A stretch of 64,000 bases of DNA from the human T2T-CHM13v2.0 reference genome, Homo sapiens: assembly GCF_009914755.1 (NCBI RefSeq), contig NC_060928.1, one strand, 5' to 3'. Numbering within the stretch: the stretch's first letter is position 1; the number at the start of each line of letters is the position of its first letter. The notes beneath the pieces were generated by a model. That model was not told the origin of the DNA. It saw nothing but the letters and a program-made list of their open reading frames with translations, and did no database searches. Positions 28,561 to 45,380 of the stretch are shown here, one piece after another. The position numbers and the translations under genes are program-made.

Positions 28561-28948
28561 TGCTATTGTTTGGATGTGTCCCTTCCAAAATGCAGGTGTT
28601 GCCAGTACTATAGTATTAGGAGACGGGGCCTTTAAGAAGTAATTAAACCCTGAGGGCTCTTCCATCATGAAGGGGATTAAGGCTCTTATAAACAAGACTG
28701 CACACAATGCTCTGCCCTCTTGCCTTCCATCTTCTGCCAGGCGAGGACTCAGCATTTCTTCCCTCCAGACGATGGAGCATCAAGGCGCCATCTTGGAAAC
28801 AAAGAGCAGCCCTCACCAGACACCAAACCTGTGAGCGCCTTGATCTCGGACTTTCCATCCTCCGTTACCGCGAGAAAATAAATTTCCATTCTTTATAAAT
28901 TGCCCAGTTCGAAATATTCTTTTATGGCTATACAAACAAATTAAGACA
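28561..28948 (+). mobile_element. MaLR solo LTR (MSTC-like)
   Basis: tgctattgtttggatgtgtcc...caaggcgccatcttggaa...taagaca; perfect 5-bp TSD atatc at 28556-28560 and 28949-28953. Confidence 0.9.
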
Positions 28949-29530
28949 ATATCTTAAAGGCATTTTCTCATTTCAAAATATTTATTGATGAGATAATTGG
29001 TGGTTTAAAACAAAAATAATAGCAAAATATTTTGGATTTATAACATGTATAGAAAGAAAATACATGGTAACAATTTTACAAAGAGAAGGAGGTAGAATAG
29101 AAGAACACTGTTTTATGGTTCTTATATCATACATGAAGATATATATTAAGTGAAGGTAGACTGTAATAAAATGAATATTTGGAATTCTGGAGCAACTACT
29201 AAAAAACTAAAACTAAAAATAAAATATGGTTGATAAGAAAATAAGAGAATGGTAAAAATACCTAATTAACCTAAAAGTCAGGAGATAAGTATATAATAAA
29301 GAAAAAATAGATGAGACCTACATGAAATAAACAAGAGGGAGGACTTATGCTATCAATTACAGTCATATTCATTGCATGAAGACCACAAATAAAAATGTAA
29401 ATTGTCAGTCTATAAAAAAACACCACACAACTATATACTTTGTACAAGAAATGTCTTTATATAAAGAAATAAATAAGAGTGAAAGATTGGAAAAGATACA
29501 CCAAGCAAATACTAATCATAAAAAAACCAA

Positions 29531-29615
29531 CAACTCCATTAAAAATGGGCAAAAGGATGGAATACTTCAAAAAAAAACTCCATTAAAAATGGGCAAAAGG
29601 ATGGGATACTTCAAA
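29531..29615. repeat. Tandem duplication within L1
   Basis: aactccattaaaaatgggcaaaaggatgg[a/g]atacttcaaa twice. Confidence 0.85.
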
Positions 29616-29968
29616 TGATCAATAAGCTCATAAAAAGACACTCAATATCTCCAATCTTCAGAGAAATTCAAATTAAAACCAGAGTGAGATACCACTAAAC
29701 ACCCTCTAAAATGATTAAAATTCAAAAGTTGACAACACTTCCTGTAAGTGAAGATATTAGAGTAACACTAAGTCTCATACACTGCTGTTGAGGATGTACA
29801 ATGATACAGTTTTGGAAAACAGTGCAGCAGTTTCTTAAAAAGTAAAACATAGACTTACCATATGATTAGCAGTTACACTCCTCTCCTGTGTCGATAGTGA
29901 ATAAAAATGAAAATTTATGACTACACAAAGACTTACACGTAATGTTCTTAGAAGTTCTTAGAAGTTTT

Positions 29969-30233
29969 TGTTTGTTTGTTTGTTTGTTTTTTCACGATCT
30001 TGGCTCACTGCAAGCTCCGCCTCCCGAGTTCATGCCATTCTTCTGCCTCAGCCTCCCGAATAGCTGGGACTACAGGTGCCCGCCACCATGCCCGGCTAAT
30101 TTTTTTTGTATTTTTAGTGGAGACAGGGTTTCACCGTGCTAGCCAGGATGGTCTCGCTCTCCTGACCTCGTGATCCGCCCTCCTCGGCCTCCCAAAGTGC
30201 TGGGATTACAGGCGTGAGCCACTGCGCCCGGCC
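29969..30233 (-). mobile_element. AluY lacking about 40 nt next to its tail
   Basis: AluY-type gcaagctccgcc and ccaggatggtctcg; TSD agaagtttt at 29960 and 30234. Confidence 0.93.
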
Positions 30234-31939
30234 AGAAGTTTTATTCATAGAAGTCACAGAATAGAAACAACTCAAATGTCCATTAACAGATGAGTGGAAA
30301 AATACACTGTGAATACATACAATGGGATACTTTTCATCTTTTAAAAGAAATGGGCTATTAAAACGTAGAATAACATGTATGAATTTCAAAAGCTTTATGC
30401 GGAGTAAAAGAAACCACATATCAAAAGTTACATCCATTTATATTAAATTCTACAGCAGGCAAAACCAATCTGTAGTTGAGGGTTGGGGTGGATTGACCAG
30501 CAAAGAATAAAAGGGTTTTTCTGAGGGATGATGATGATTACATGGGTTTCACATTTGTCAAAATTCATCAAACGCTATGCTTAAAATGGTTGCATTCCAT
30601 TGTGGGTAAATTTTTCCTCCTTAAAGTCGACTACTTTAAATGTTAATTTTAAAATATTTACTGTCTTTTGTAAACCAGTGATTCCCCAACTTTCATCAAT
30701 TAACGCTTAAGAGAAAAGGGATTATAGCCATGAATCTCAGAAACCATACATTAGCCACATGCCTATATACATCAAATAAATAATTTACCTACTGGTTAAA
30801 AACGAAATCATTTACTTAAGTTATTAATTTGAAGTTCTAGTGACTCAAACACTCTAAAATATAACCCAAATCTGAAGAGGTAGGAAAAATTACATAGACT
30901 ATATTCATTTCAATAAATGTTGGCACTATAATTTTCGAGTGATAATGTTCTAACACTAAAATGTATTTTGTTCCAGGGCATGTGACAGTGTTTGTTTTTG
31001 GTTCTAAAATTTATGGGGTGTTTGAAATTAACTAGCTCAATAAAAATAAATATAAAAAAGAAATTAACTTTCTATAAATGCTTTCAGATACTCTTTCACA
31101 GAACGCGAGGGTAATAAAACAATCACATTTAATTTATTTTCCTTCCATTTATAATGCTGAAGCTCTCATTTATGCCTCCAGTCATAACAACAAATTGTAT
31201 AACAAATCAATTGCTTCATACTGACTAGGTTAGCTTGAAAGTGTAGCCCCATTTTTGAAATTGCCACCTACAACTAGCTAAGCCAGCATGTATATCCTTA
31301 AAAACAATAATGATAAAATTAAATTGTTGTTCAAATCCCTACCTTATGTTCAAAGGTCACAACCAAGCACAGAATTCGAAAGTTAATATTAAGAACTGTT
31401 TGTTATTTAAGAAGGAATAATAATCTCTCAGTCTTATTTAATTCCCTATGCATATCTTGACTACTTTAATGTGGATGATATCATTACTAAAATACCCTCT
31501 ACTCTAGGTATTGCACTTTAGAGCACAGTAATGTGATTTAATTCTGAGTTCCAATAGCAAAACCTGATGTTTGGACAGTGTGACTCATCAATCTGGAATT
31601 ACCTGTTCTACTGCTTCAAAAGAGCCTTCCCTTCACCTTCCCACCTCTCTACCTCTGAACTCTTAGGTGGCAGGTCCCTTAGACCCATTGAATTTGGTTA
31701 TCTCAGCTGTCAGGAACTTCTCACTCAACTTTGAGGAAAGAGAGGCAGGACACTGTTTAAGGAAATTTACAGCAGCCAAAAGTACAGACTGTCAATGTCC
31801 AAAAAAGAAGTTACCCAAAAATAGTAAAGAAGTCCTGCCCAGCTGAATATTCTGTGCTTTCTCTACTGCCACCTCTAACCCATTAAAAGACTTAGATTTC
31901 TAAAACCACTACTGGAACAAAAGAAATACTCAGAAAAAT

Positions 31940-34160
<2,221 letters not shown>

Positions 34161-34499
34161 ATATAAAAAAGATCTGGCTATTAGAAAAATATTAAAGTAA
34201 AAACACAAAGTTGAGAGCAAAATTAAGCTAAATGAATAGTCCATTTTTACAATGAAAACAAAAAGCACCTAAATTACAAGTGCCACTTAGATCAAAAGCT
34301 GAAATAAAATAATGTAATTAGGCTAGTGAGGTGACTTTCTACCACCCTATTTAATTCTAAAGTTGATAGTCAGTTATTTATATGGACGTGACCTCAAGTG
34401 AATGGATTACATAGAGTTTGAGTGTTAACTTTCTATATCTTAGGCTCACTCTCAATATTTTTTAGATAAATAATTTATTACATTATTAAAATGATTTTG

Positions 34500-35275
34500 A
34501 CATTGGTCAATAGGTACAAACATAAAGAAAAGAAATAAGTTCTAATGTTTGATAGCAGAATAGGGTGACTATACATAGCAATAATATTTTGTACATGTCA
34601 AAGTAACTAAAAGAGAGGATTTGAAATATTCCCAACACATAGAAATAACAAATACTCCATAATGGTATTGCTGAGTCAAATGGTATTTCTGGTTCTAGAT
34701 CCTTGAGGAATTGCCACACTGTCTTCCACAATGGTTGAATTAATTACACTCCCACCAACAGTGTAAAAGCGTTCCTGTTTCTCCACAGCCGCGCCAGCAT
34801 CTGTTGTTTCCTGACTTTTTAATGATCGCCATTCTAACTGGCTTCAGATGGTATCTCATTGTGGTTTTGATTTGCATTTCTCTAATGACCAGTGATGATG
34901 AGCTTTTTTTTCTGTTTGTGGGCTGCATAAATGTCTTCTTTTGAGAAGTGTCTGTTCATATCCTTCACCCACTTTTTGGTGGGGTTGTTTTTTTCCTGTA
35001 AATTTGTTTATTTCTTGTACATAATCCTTAATTATGTAAGGATACATAATAACAGATTGTAGATTCTGGGTATTAGACCTCTGTCAGATACTTAAAGTAA
35101 AATAAAAATTTTTTTAAAGTAAAACCAAAAAAAAAAAAAAGAAATGACAAATACTCAAGGTGATAGATATTCCAAGTACCCTGGCTTTACTGGCTTTATC
35201 ATTACACATTCTATGCATGGAACAAACACATGTACCTCATAAATATGTAAAATATTATGTATCAATAAGAAATGG
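34500..35275 (+). mobile_element. L1MA 3'UTR, split by an inverted L1PA insertion
   Basis: gaaataagttctaatgtttgatagcagaatagggtgactat...; resumes at aaggtgatagatattcc after 35156. Confidence 0.8.
34658..35139. mobile_element. 5'-inverted L1PA insertion
   Basis: Antisense ORF2 C-terminal piece 34658-35090 (track ORF 34740-34928 reads [14 protein letters not shown]...CWWEC), then a sense L1 tip cttaaagta and A-tail; 17-bp TSD agaaat[a/g]acaaatactc at 34641 and 35140. Confidence 0.85.
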
Positions 35276-36996
35276 GAAAAAGACTAAAGTCAACTGTGAT
35301 TTTAGAAACAAATTACATTCTAAGGTTTCACCAAACAGTGTTACAGCTTTTGCCAAAATCCATAATCAATCTTTTCCTTAATTCATTCTGTAATTTAAAT
35401 GCTATCTAGTAACCAAAAGAATAATGCTAAATATAAATAAACAAAAAAGGGTGAAAACTGGTTTTGAAATATGCCATACCTAAAGATGTGAATCCTGTTT
35501 ATAATTGCCAATTAAGGGTATCTGCATAGAAGTCTAAATTATATCGATCACACCTCTGGACTAGAGTTTGAATTCAGAATGAATGCAAGGAAGACCCAGT
35601 ATTGTTCCAGCAAATACAATAAATACTACTCAGCTGCTGCAGGGCCAAAGAGCCCTGAGGGGGTAAAACAATAGGCAAGCTCGTGTAGCAGTCTTCAAAT
35701 CTTTGTCTACAGTTTCATTCCTGGAGTATTTAGAACTGTGAATAATTTAGTAATCTGTACACTTCCTGATGTAAAATCTGTTATCTGAATTAAGAGATTT
35801 TTGTATCTCTTAAAGCAGTACAGCTACATTTAATAGAATTATGCTTTCCTGGCTGATTTACATTTGCTGCCAGACAAGTTAAAAGTACTAAATAAAAATC
35901 CAATAAATACATCTTCCCCAATTAAAGAGAGGCCACTCTTCACCAATTTAAATGGCAATTAAATAGTTCACTAATTTTATAGCTGTTTCAGTTAACAACA
36001 TAATATAACCATTATATGTGTCCATTAACTGTAATATAAGCCTACCAGATGGAAAAAGTCAGAAGAAAATTCAGCTAGAAGTTAAAATGTATTTTGTAAT
36101 AAACTACATATGAATGAATGTATATGGTGACCTAGAACTAGGATATGATGACTTTCAACAGAAGCAACAAGAAAAAGTTAAATCCTAATAGCAGGAAATT
36201 TTTCAAGTTTTTATTTTGCATTTATCTGCTTCACTCTTAATAAGCAAAAAAAAAAACCTGACATTTGGCAATCATAAGTTTTTCCATAAGCACAAATAGA
36301 ACCATAGCGCCTGGTTCCAGACTACATATAATATTTCTGAGAAAATGCATACATGCCATGAAGATCTTAACATGCCAGTTAAGGAAGAAACAGAGAAACA
36401 TAAATAGTGATTAAATAGTGATGCAGTAGTTCATTTATTATTTTATAATACAAATATATTTTGTATCAGGACTGGTTTTACCAATGAAATTAAAAATGCC
36501 TGGTAGACTAGCAATAATAAAATAGGTAAGGTGACTTGGAATCAGGGGAGTCATAAAAGCACCGTACATTGATTCTTTTTGAAAATGTGTGTATCTTCTC
36601 ATGTTAGCCAACGTAAATATGATTCAGATATGTTTGGGAGCAGCATCACAACAATCTACAATAAAAATTACTTTTAACAGTCTCACAGAAAACTTTTACC
36701 TATAGGTTTGGGAAGTGTTATACTGTAATTTTATGAGAAAAATAATGCATTTTTTAGTTTATTATCAAATATTTTACTTAGGCAGAAAGATAGTAAAATA
36801 TATTTTATTTAAGAATAGTAATAATAGCACTATCATATTAATCAAAATGCAAAGAAAAGTTTAAAAATTTCTAATACTCTAAAAGTTCTATTGTTGATTA
36901 AAAATTTGTTGATATTTCATTTATAACAGCTGCTCTGCTATGAAATTATAGTAAAAGTGAATAGAAATACCTATAACATTTTTTATATCTTCTTTA

Positions 36997-37298
36997 TTTC
37001 TTCTCCCACGTCACCCCGAGATGGAGTGTCACTCTGTCGCCCAGGCTGGAGAGTGCAGTGGTGCGATCTCGGCTCACTGCAACCTCCGCCTCCTAGATTC
37101 AAGCGATTCTCCTGCCTCAGCCTCCTGAGTAGATGGGATTACAGGCACATGCCACCACACCCAGCTAATTTTTGTATTCTTAGTAGAGACAGGGTTTGCC
37201 CATGTTGGCCAGGCTAGTCTCGAACTCTTGACCTTGTGATCCGCCAGCCTCAGCTTCCCAAAGTGCTGGGATTACAGGCGTGAGCCACTGTGCCCAGG
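36997..37298 (-). mobile_element. AluS with an atypical G-rich tail
   Basis: Perfect 13-bp TSD tatatcttcttta at 36984 and 37299. Confidence 0.93.
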
Positions 37299-37783
37299 TA
37301 TATCTTCTTTAACTACGTTGGCACAGTTAAGTTAGAAATACTGAAATAGGAGCTAAAAAGCCAGATTAAACTCTGGCTGGTCTTCCATTTCATGGCAGGA
37401 TGTTGGGAGAAATTACTAGTGTCCCTGGCGTACAGGAGCTTAACAAACATTAAGAAATACTGTTTTTTACTAAGTGATATAAAAGATTCTTCAGACTTTC
37501 AACACAGGGAATTTTAATGTTTATTTTATCCATAGTTTGGAAAATGTGAGTGCTCAAATACTGGTTTCTGGCTCAACTGCTTAGTCACAGAAATCTAACA
37601 ATTTTGGTTTCTAAATAATGAACATCATTTTAATAATGTTTTTGGAGAGAAAAAATTGTTAAATGCATATTAATTAATATGTTAGGGATAATACTAGAGA
37701 CGTCTCATTTGTAATAAGCCTTCATCTTTTAAAAAAAATTTATTAGTTATTTTAACATCAATCCACTTTAGAAGCTTATTTTC

Positions 37784-40529
<2,746 letters not shown>

Positions 40530-40732
40530 TAGAAGCTTATTTTCATTTCGATAACAAGTAGCAGACAATAATAGATTTAAAATTATGTACCAATGTCTTT
40601 TTCATTATATGTGGTAATAAAGTGCCAAAAAACAAGCTACAAGCTGTTTGTGGCCTAAGATATGCAAAGAATTAATTTTTGTGCTGGCATATACTGTAAT
40701 TAGAAATTGTTCTGTGCATCATGATTAAACCA

Positions 40733-40746
40733 GTAACTATGGTAAC
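40733..40746. promoter_or_regulatory. RFX X-box-like motif GTAACTATGGTAAC
   Basis: Close match to the GTNRCC-N0-3-RGYAAC consensus, in non-repeat CpG-retaining DNA; motif match only. Confidence 0.45.
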
Positions 40747-40760
40747 GAGAGCAGGAAAGC

Positions 40761-41084
40761 ATGAGTGCAAAAGGAAACAGCCCGAGTAAGTCAGGGATAA
40801 GCTGCATTTCATCTTTCTTTTTAAGTGTTTGTAATAAACAGAACTATCTATAAAATGCATACTGATTTTTATTCCAATTCTTATCATTCATTTACATAGA
40901 TTAAAATACATTATTCCTTGAACATATACACACACGTACAAGACAGAACAGACACAGATTATTACCACATATGGAGAGCATACAGCTCTTAACAATATTA
41001 TCAGGGGTATACCATTACAATCTCTGCACATCTCCCTCATTTTCATAGGGCTGTATGAAGAAAATGACGGAGCAGAACACTCAA
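40761..41084 (+). other. Candidate two-exon ORF start (40761-40785 joined to 41049-41084): MSAKGNSPRLYEENDGAEHS...
   Basis: aagcATG, donor CGA|gtaagt, acceptor ctccctcattttcatag|, donor CAA|gtaaga; phases compatible. Not recognised as a known protein. Confidence 0.3.
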
Positions 41085-41796
41085 GTAAGAAATCTACAGT
41101 TTCTGGCTTTTGCCTTTTGGCCACAAATTTTCAGCAAAACTGCTTGACTCTTAGTGGCATGGACGACAAATTCAGATTAGCAGGCAACAGACATGAATAC
41201 AAAGGAAACCAGCGCAACACTATTCCTAATAATGCGTTTTGTAGGCTTTACCGACTGCAGTCTTCAACAGACATAAATACAGACGTCTCAGTTTCAGAGA
41301 CCTCGAATCATTAGTCTTCATGTACATTTTTTTGTTTTTTGTTTTTTGTTTTTTCGGTCCCCAAACCATCAAGTGGTATGAGAAATAATTAGAGCAGTTT
41401 CAAAGGAGAAGATCAGTCAAAACTGATTAAAGGTTTAAAAAGTAAGCCTTTTGAGAAAAGGGTGTTTTTTAAAAAAAATTATTCATTGAGGCTAGAAAAG
41501 ACTCTGTGACGAAGCCAAGTACGTGAGTGTGAACAGCAATTATCTCACTACGGAAAACAAAGCAGAATGAAACAATATAAATTTCAGAAAAACAATCTTA
41601 ATTTCTGGAATAACTTCTTACTGTACAGATATAAGAAACTGCACGTATCACTAGATAAGCTGTGTAATCTAATTGAATTTATTAAAGGAGATGAACAAGC
41701 GTCATGTTCTTGTTTAGTACAAACAAATATTTAATTTAGTGTTTCCATAGTAGAGTTTCTCTATAAAGAATTGTAAAACTTTTTAAAACCCCATCT

Positions 41797-42590
41797 GAAA
41801 CAGAAATAAATACCACCTGGTATCACTTATAAGTGGGAACTAAGTAATACGCACCCATATTACTCAGTTGTAAATAATACACACCCATATTACTTAGTTG
41901 TAAGTAATACACACCCATATTACTTAGTTGTAAGTAATACGCACCCATATTACTTAGTTGTAAGTAATACGCACCCATATTACTTAGTTGTAATATAACT
42001 TATAAGAAACATGTTATATAAGTTGCAAGTAATATAACTTATAAGTAATATAAGTTATAATATATGTTATAAGTAATATAACTTATATTACTTGTAAGTT
42101 ATATTACTTATAATTAAGTAATACGGGTACATATTACTTACAACTCAGTAATACGGGTGCATATTACTTACAACTCAGTAATACGGGTGCATATTACATA
42201 CAACTCAGTAATACGGGTGCATATTACGTACAACTCAGTAATACGGGTGCATATTACGTACAACTCAGTAATACGGGTGCATATTACGTACAACTCAGTA
42301 ATACGGGTGCATATTACGTACAACTAAGTAATACGGGTGCATATTACTTATAACTAAGTAATACGGGTGCATATTACTTAGTTCCCACATATAAGTAATG
42401 GACATAGAGAGTGAAATAATAGACACTGGAGACTTAGAAGACTAAATGTGTAATGTACGCTATTTGGATGCTAGTTACATTAGAAGCCCAGACTTCACCA
42501 CTATGCAGTATATCCACGTAACAAAACAGTACTTGTACCCCCTAAATCTATAAAAAATCTATAAATTTATAAAAATTAAAAAAATTAAAC
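41797..42590 (+). mobile_element. L1MA-type 3'UTR interrupted by the palindromic minisatellite
   Basis: tcacttataagtggg ... ggacatagagagtgaaataatagacactggagact ... acttgtaccccctaaatctataaaaa. Confidence 0.85.
41825..42396. repeat. Head-to-head palindromic minisatellite, 30-bp unit (5 forward + 9 inverted copies)
   Basis: taagtaatacgcacccatattacttagttg x5 (41841-41990); inverted unit caact[c/a]agtaatacgggtgcatattac[t/g]ta x9 (42111-42380); outer 16-bp inverted repeat. Confidence 0.95.
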
Positions 42591-42740
42591 TTCATTCGAA
42601 TGTAAAGTTAATGAGGAAGTTAAATTATTTCAAAGATTACAAATTGAGTATCAACTAAGACAAGGCACCAAAAACAACTGAGTGTTTCAGGAAAATTTTT
42701 AAACAAATAACACTGATTAGTTAATGTTCCTATCATCTTC

Positions 42741-43220
42741 CATTCATTTATTCATTGTGCCAACCAATATCAAGCACCTGCCTTGTGTGAAGCACTGTTC
42801 TAGGGTCTGGGTCACAATCATGAAAAGATGCATAAATCTCTGTGTCATGTAGCTTCCATTCTTCTAAGGGAGACAGACAAAAACTAGTAGAAAATGAATT
42901 ACACTATTTAGATGATGGTAAGAGTTCTGGAGTGAATAAATGGGTGATGTGATGAAGATGAACTGTCAAAGCCTACTTTTCTAGGTGGGTCAGGGAAGAC
43001 GTTTTTGAGGCAGGTGGTCCATAGAAGCCAGCGATGTGAGGCAGAGCATGTCAAGAACAGGGAACCGCAAGCACAGCTGTGGAGTGTCCGAGGGATAAAG
43101 ATGGCAGCAGCCCAAGCACTGTGGGCAAGGGCAGGGCAGGACGATGCCAGGCTACAGAGGTGGGCAGAGGACAGACAATTGGGGCCTGGTAGAGCATTCT
43201 GGGGCTTGGATTTTTAAAAT
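42741..43220 (-). mobile_element. L2 3' region
   Basis: cattcatttattcatt...caagcacctgccttgtgtgaagcactgttctagg. Confidence 0.75.
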
Positions 43221-43780
43221 GCCTTTATCCTACCATCACATTTCAGTGTTTCTGATTTGGGGAGTGATTTATAAGAAAGGTGCCTTTAAGAAAAACCAAA
43301 ATATGCTTATTCACGCACAACTTCTGCTCAACTTCCTGAGAGGAAGCCAAAACTGGAGATTACTGCTGTACTGGAAGCCAGATCAAAAAAGAAAGCAAAA
43401 TCATTTAAGAGCCTGCATTTGAAAATGCTTCATTTATAGGATGAAATGAAGTGTGTGTGGCTTTCTTATTGCTTTCTTCAAGCCTAGATATATTAATCAT
43501 CATCTTCATTAAAATCCATTTGATGCCATAAAAGGACCAAATAATTTTCTTTCTAATTTTCAGAAACTGAGTGCTGTTATATAATTTTAAAATCTAACTA
43601 CAGAGTCTTTAAAAAAAAAAAACACTAGCTCAAATTTCCTCAATAATTCTGGCTATTCGTTTTTCAATTCTTATGTGTTTATTTTCCATTTGAACATTTA
43701 GCATTAGAAAATCTTCCTGTGATTTCCACAGCAACCACTAGAGGGAAAACTTCGACTGAAGAAAGTCATTTAAAGACACT

Positions 43781-43922
43781 ATCTTAATAATATTTCTTAA
43801 GTACAATATTAAGTATAATATTTCTTAAGTCTAATATTCTTAAGAATAATATTTAAGTCTAACATTCTTAAGAATAATATTTATTAAGTGTAATATTCTT
43901 AAGAATAATATTTCTTAAGTCT
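43781..43922. repeat. AT-rich degenerate tandem repeat with palindromic core tattcttaagaata
   Basis: Seen directly; about 30-bp periodicity. Confidence 0.8.
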
Positions 43923-44437
43923 GAAGAACTCAAAAATAATGATGTCTTCAAGATAAAATATTATAAAAGCACATCATAAATCCCACATGCATTTTCAAGT
44001 TATTCCTGATAATAATGAGCATTTGTGTTGTAATACGTATTCTGCAAATGTTCTTGCATTCATTACCTCATTTGTTTCTCCAGATGAATGGCTAATAGAG
44101 CAGGAACTATGATCACTCAGCTAAAATAAAAAAACACAAATAATTTAACCAAAGACACCCGACATTTTAATTGCACAATCAATATTACTACTGAGGGCTG
44201 AGTATATTTTTCAAGTACACTATGTTGTCTCCTCACTACTTTTTTCAAAGAAAATATGAAAATATTGTGTTCTCAATTTCCTCATCATATTCTAGATTTT
44301 TTAGTAAAATACCTAGAACACAGTAGGCACTTGATAATTAGTGAATGTATGCATGCATTCATATATGAATAAAAAGATGAATGAAGGAACAAAGCCCTAC
44401 TTTTTTTCTATGCAACACTATATGCCAACATAGCACC

Positions 44438-44467
44438 TAGCAATAGCAATAGCAATAGCAATAGCAA
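44438..44467. repeat. (TAGCAA)5 microsatellite
   Basis: Seen directly. Confidence 0.9.
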
Positions 44468-44601
44468 TGTGTTTTCCAAACACATCCCATTTCAGAGTTA
44501 GTAAATGCAGAGGACACCTGAAGATAATACTTGCAGCTTAATAAGTGCTACAGAGAGGACATGTTTTTGTGATTTTTTGCTCCAATATTATGATACCCTC
44601 A

Positions 44602-44957
44602 TGTTATAGACAGGATGTGTCCCCCTGAAAGTTCACATGTTGAAATCCTAACCCTCAAAGTGATGGTATTAAGAGGTGAGACCTTTGGGAGGTAATTAGG
44701 TCATGAGGGTGGAGCTCTCATAAATAGAATTAGTTTCCATAAGAAAAGACATGAGAGAAATGATTTTTCTTTCCTTCATAGAAGAATACAATGAGAAGAT
44801 GGCCATCTGTGGGCCGGGAGGAGGGCCCTCGCCGAGAACCTGACCATGCTCACACCCTGGTTTTGGACCCCCAGCATCCAGAACTCTGAGAAATAAAGGT
44901 TTGTTGATTAAGCCCCACAGTCTATTGTATTGTGTTACAGCAGTCCAAACTAAGATG
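44602..44957 (+). mobile_element. MaLR solo LTR (MLT1A-like)
   Basis: atgttgaaatcctaaccctcaaagtgatggtattaagagg...ccagaactctgagaaataaa; TSD-like cctca/ccaca. Confidence 0.88.
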
Positions 44958-45168
44958 CCACATCTGATTCTACCTCCTTTACATTGTTTGACTTTTGAAT
45001 ATTTGAACTCTAAAATTATGATCAATCCATCAAACTTTATATAATTCATTATCGTAACTCAAAAACACAAATATATCATATGGGTTAATACAACCACATA
45101 AGAAATCAGAAAATGCTAACTGGAAGTGAGAAGAATTATAATTGTGATTCTGTCTTTTCCTTCTGCAG

Positions 45169-45376
45169 GAATCCTGAAACACTGGCCACAAAGTTATGCT
45201 ATGGACTCATGCCCCTACGCAGTAAAATAACAATGTTAATACTAACTTACTATCAATTGTTACTAGATTGAGCAAAGAACAATCATTAAAATGCCATAGA
45301 TCCTTGAAAACAAGCAATAATTTCCTGATAAAGATGAGATACTTTTCTTATTCTACCAACAAGACTGCATTTGGTG
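45169..45376 (+). other. Candidate 208-nt exon abutting (GT)20
   Basis: Acceptor tctgtcttttccttctgcag| and donor GTG|gtaagt; splice-site motifs only. Confidence 0.35.
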
Positions 45377-45378
45377 GT

Positions 45379-45380
<2 letters not shown>

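Noticed and set aside
41841-42380. Regularly spaced ~30-bp hairpin repeats resembling a CRISPR array
   Set aside because: Units are contiguous with no unique spacers, derive from the flanking L1 sequence, and there are no cas genes in this primate DNA.
43736-43749. CTCF-like ccactagagggaaa
   Set aside because: Lacks the conserved C after the G run; a lone motif match is too weak to call.
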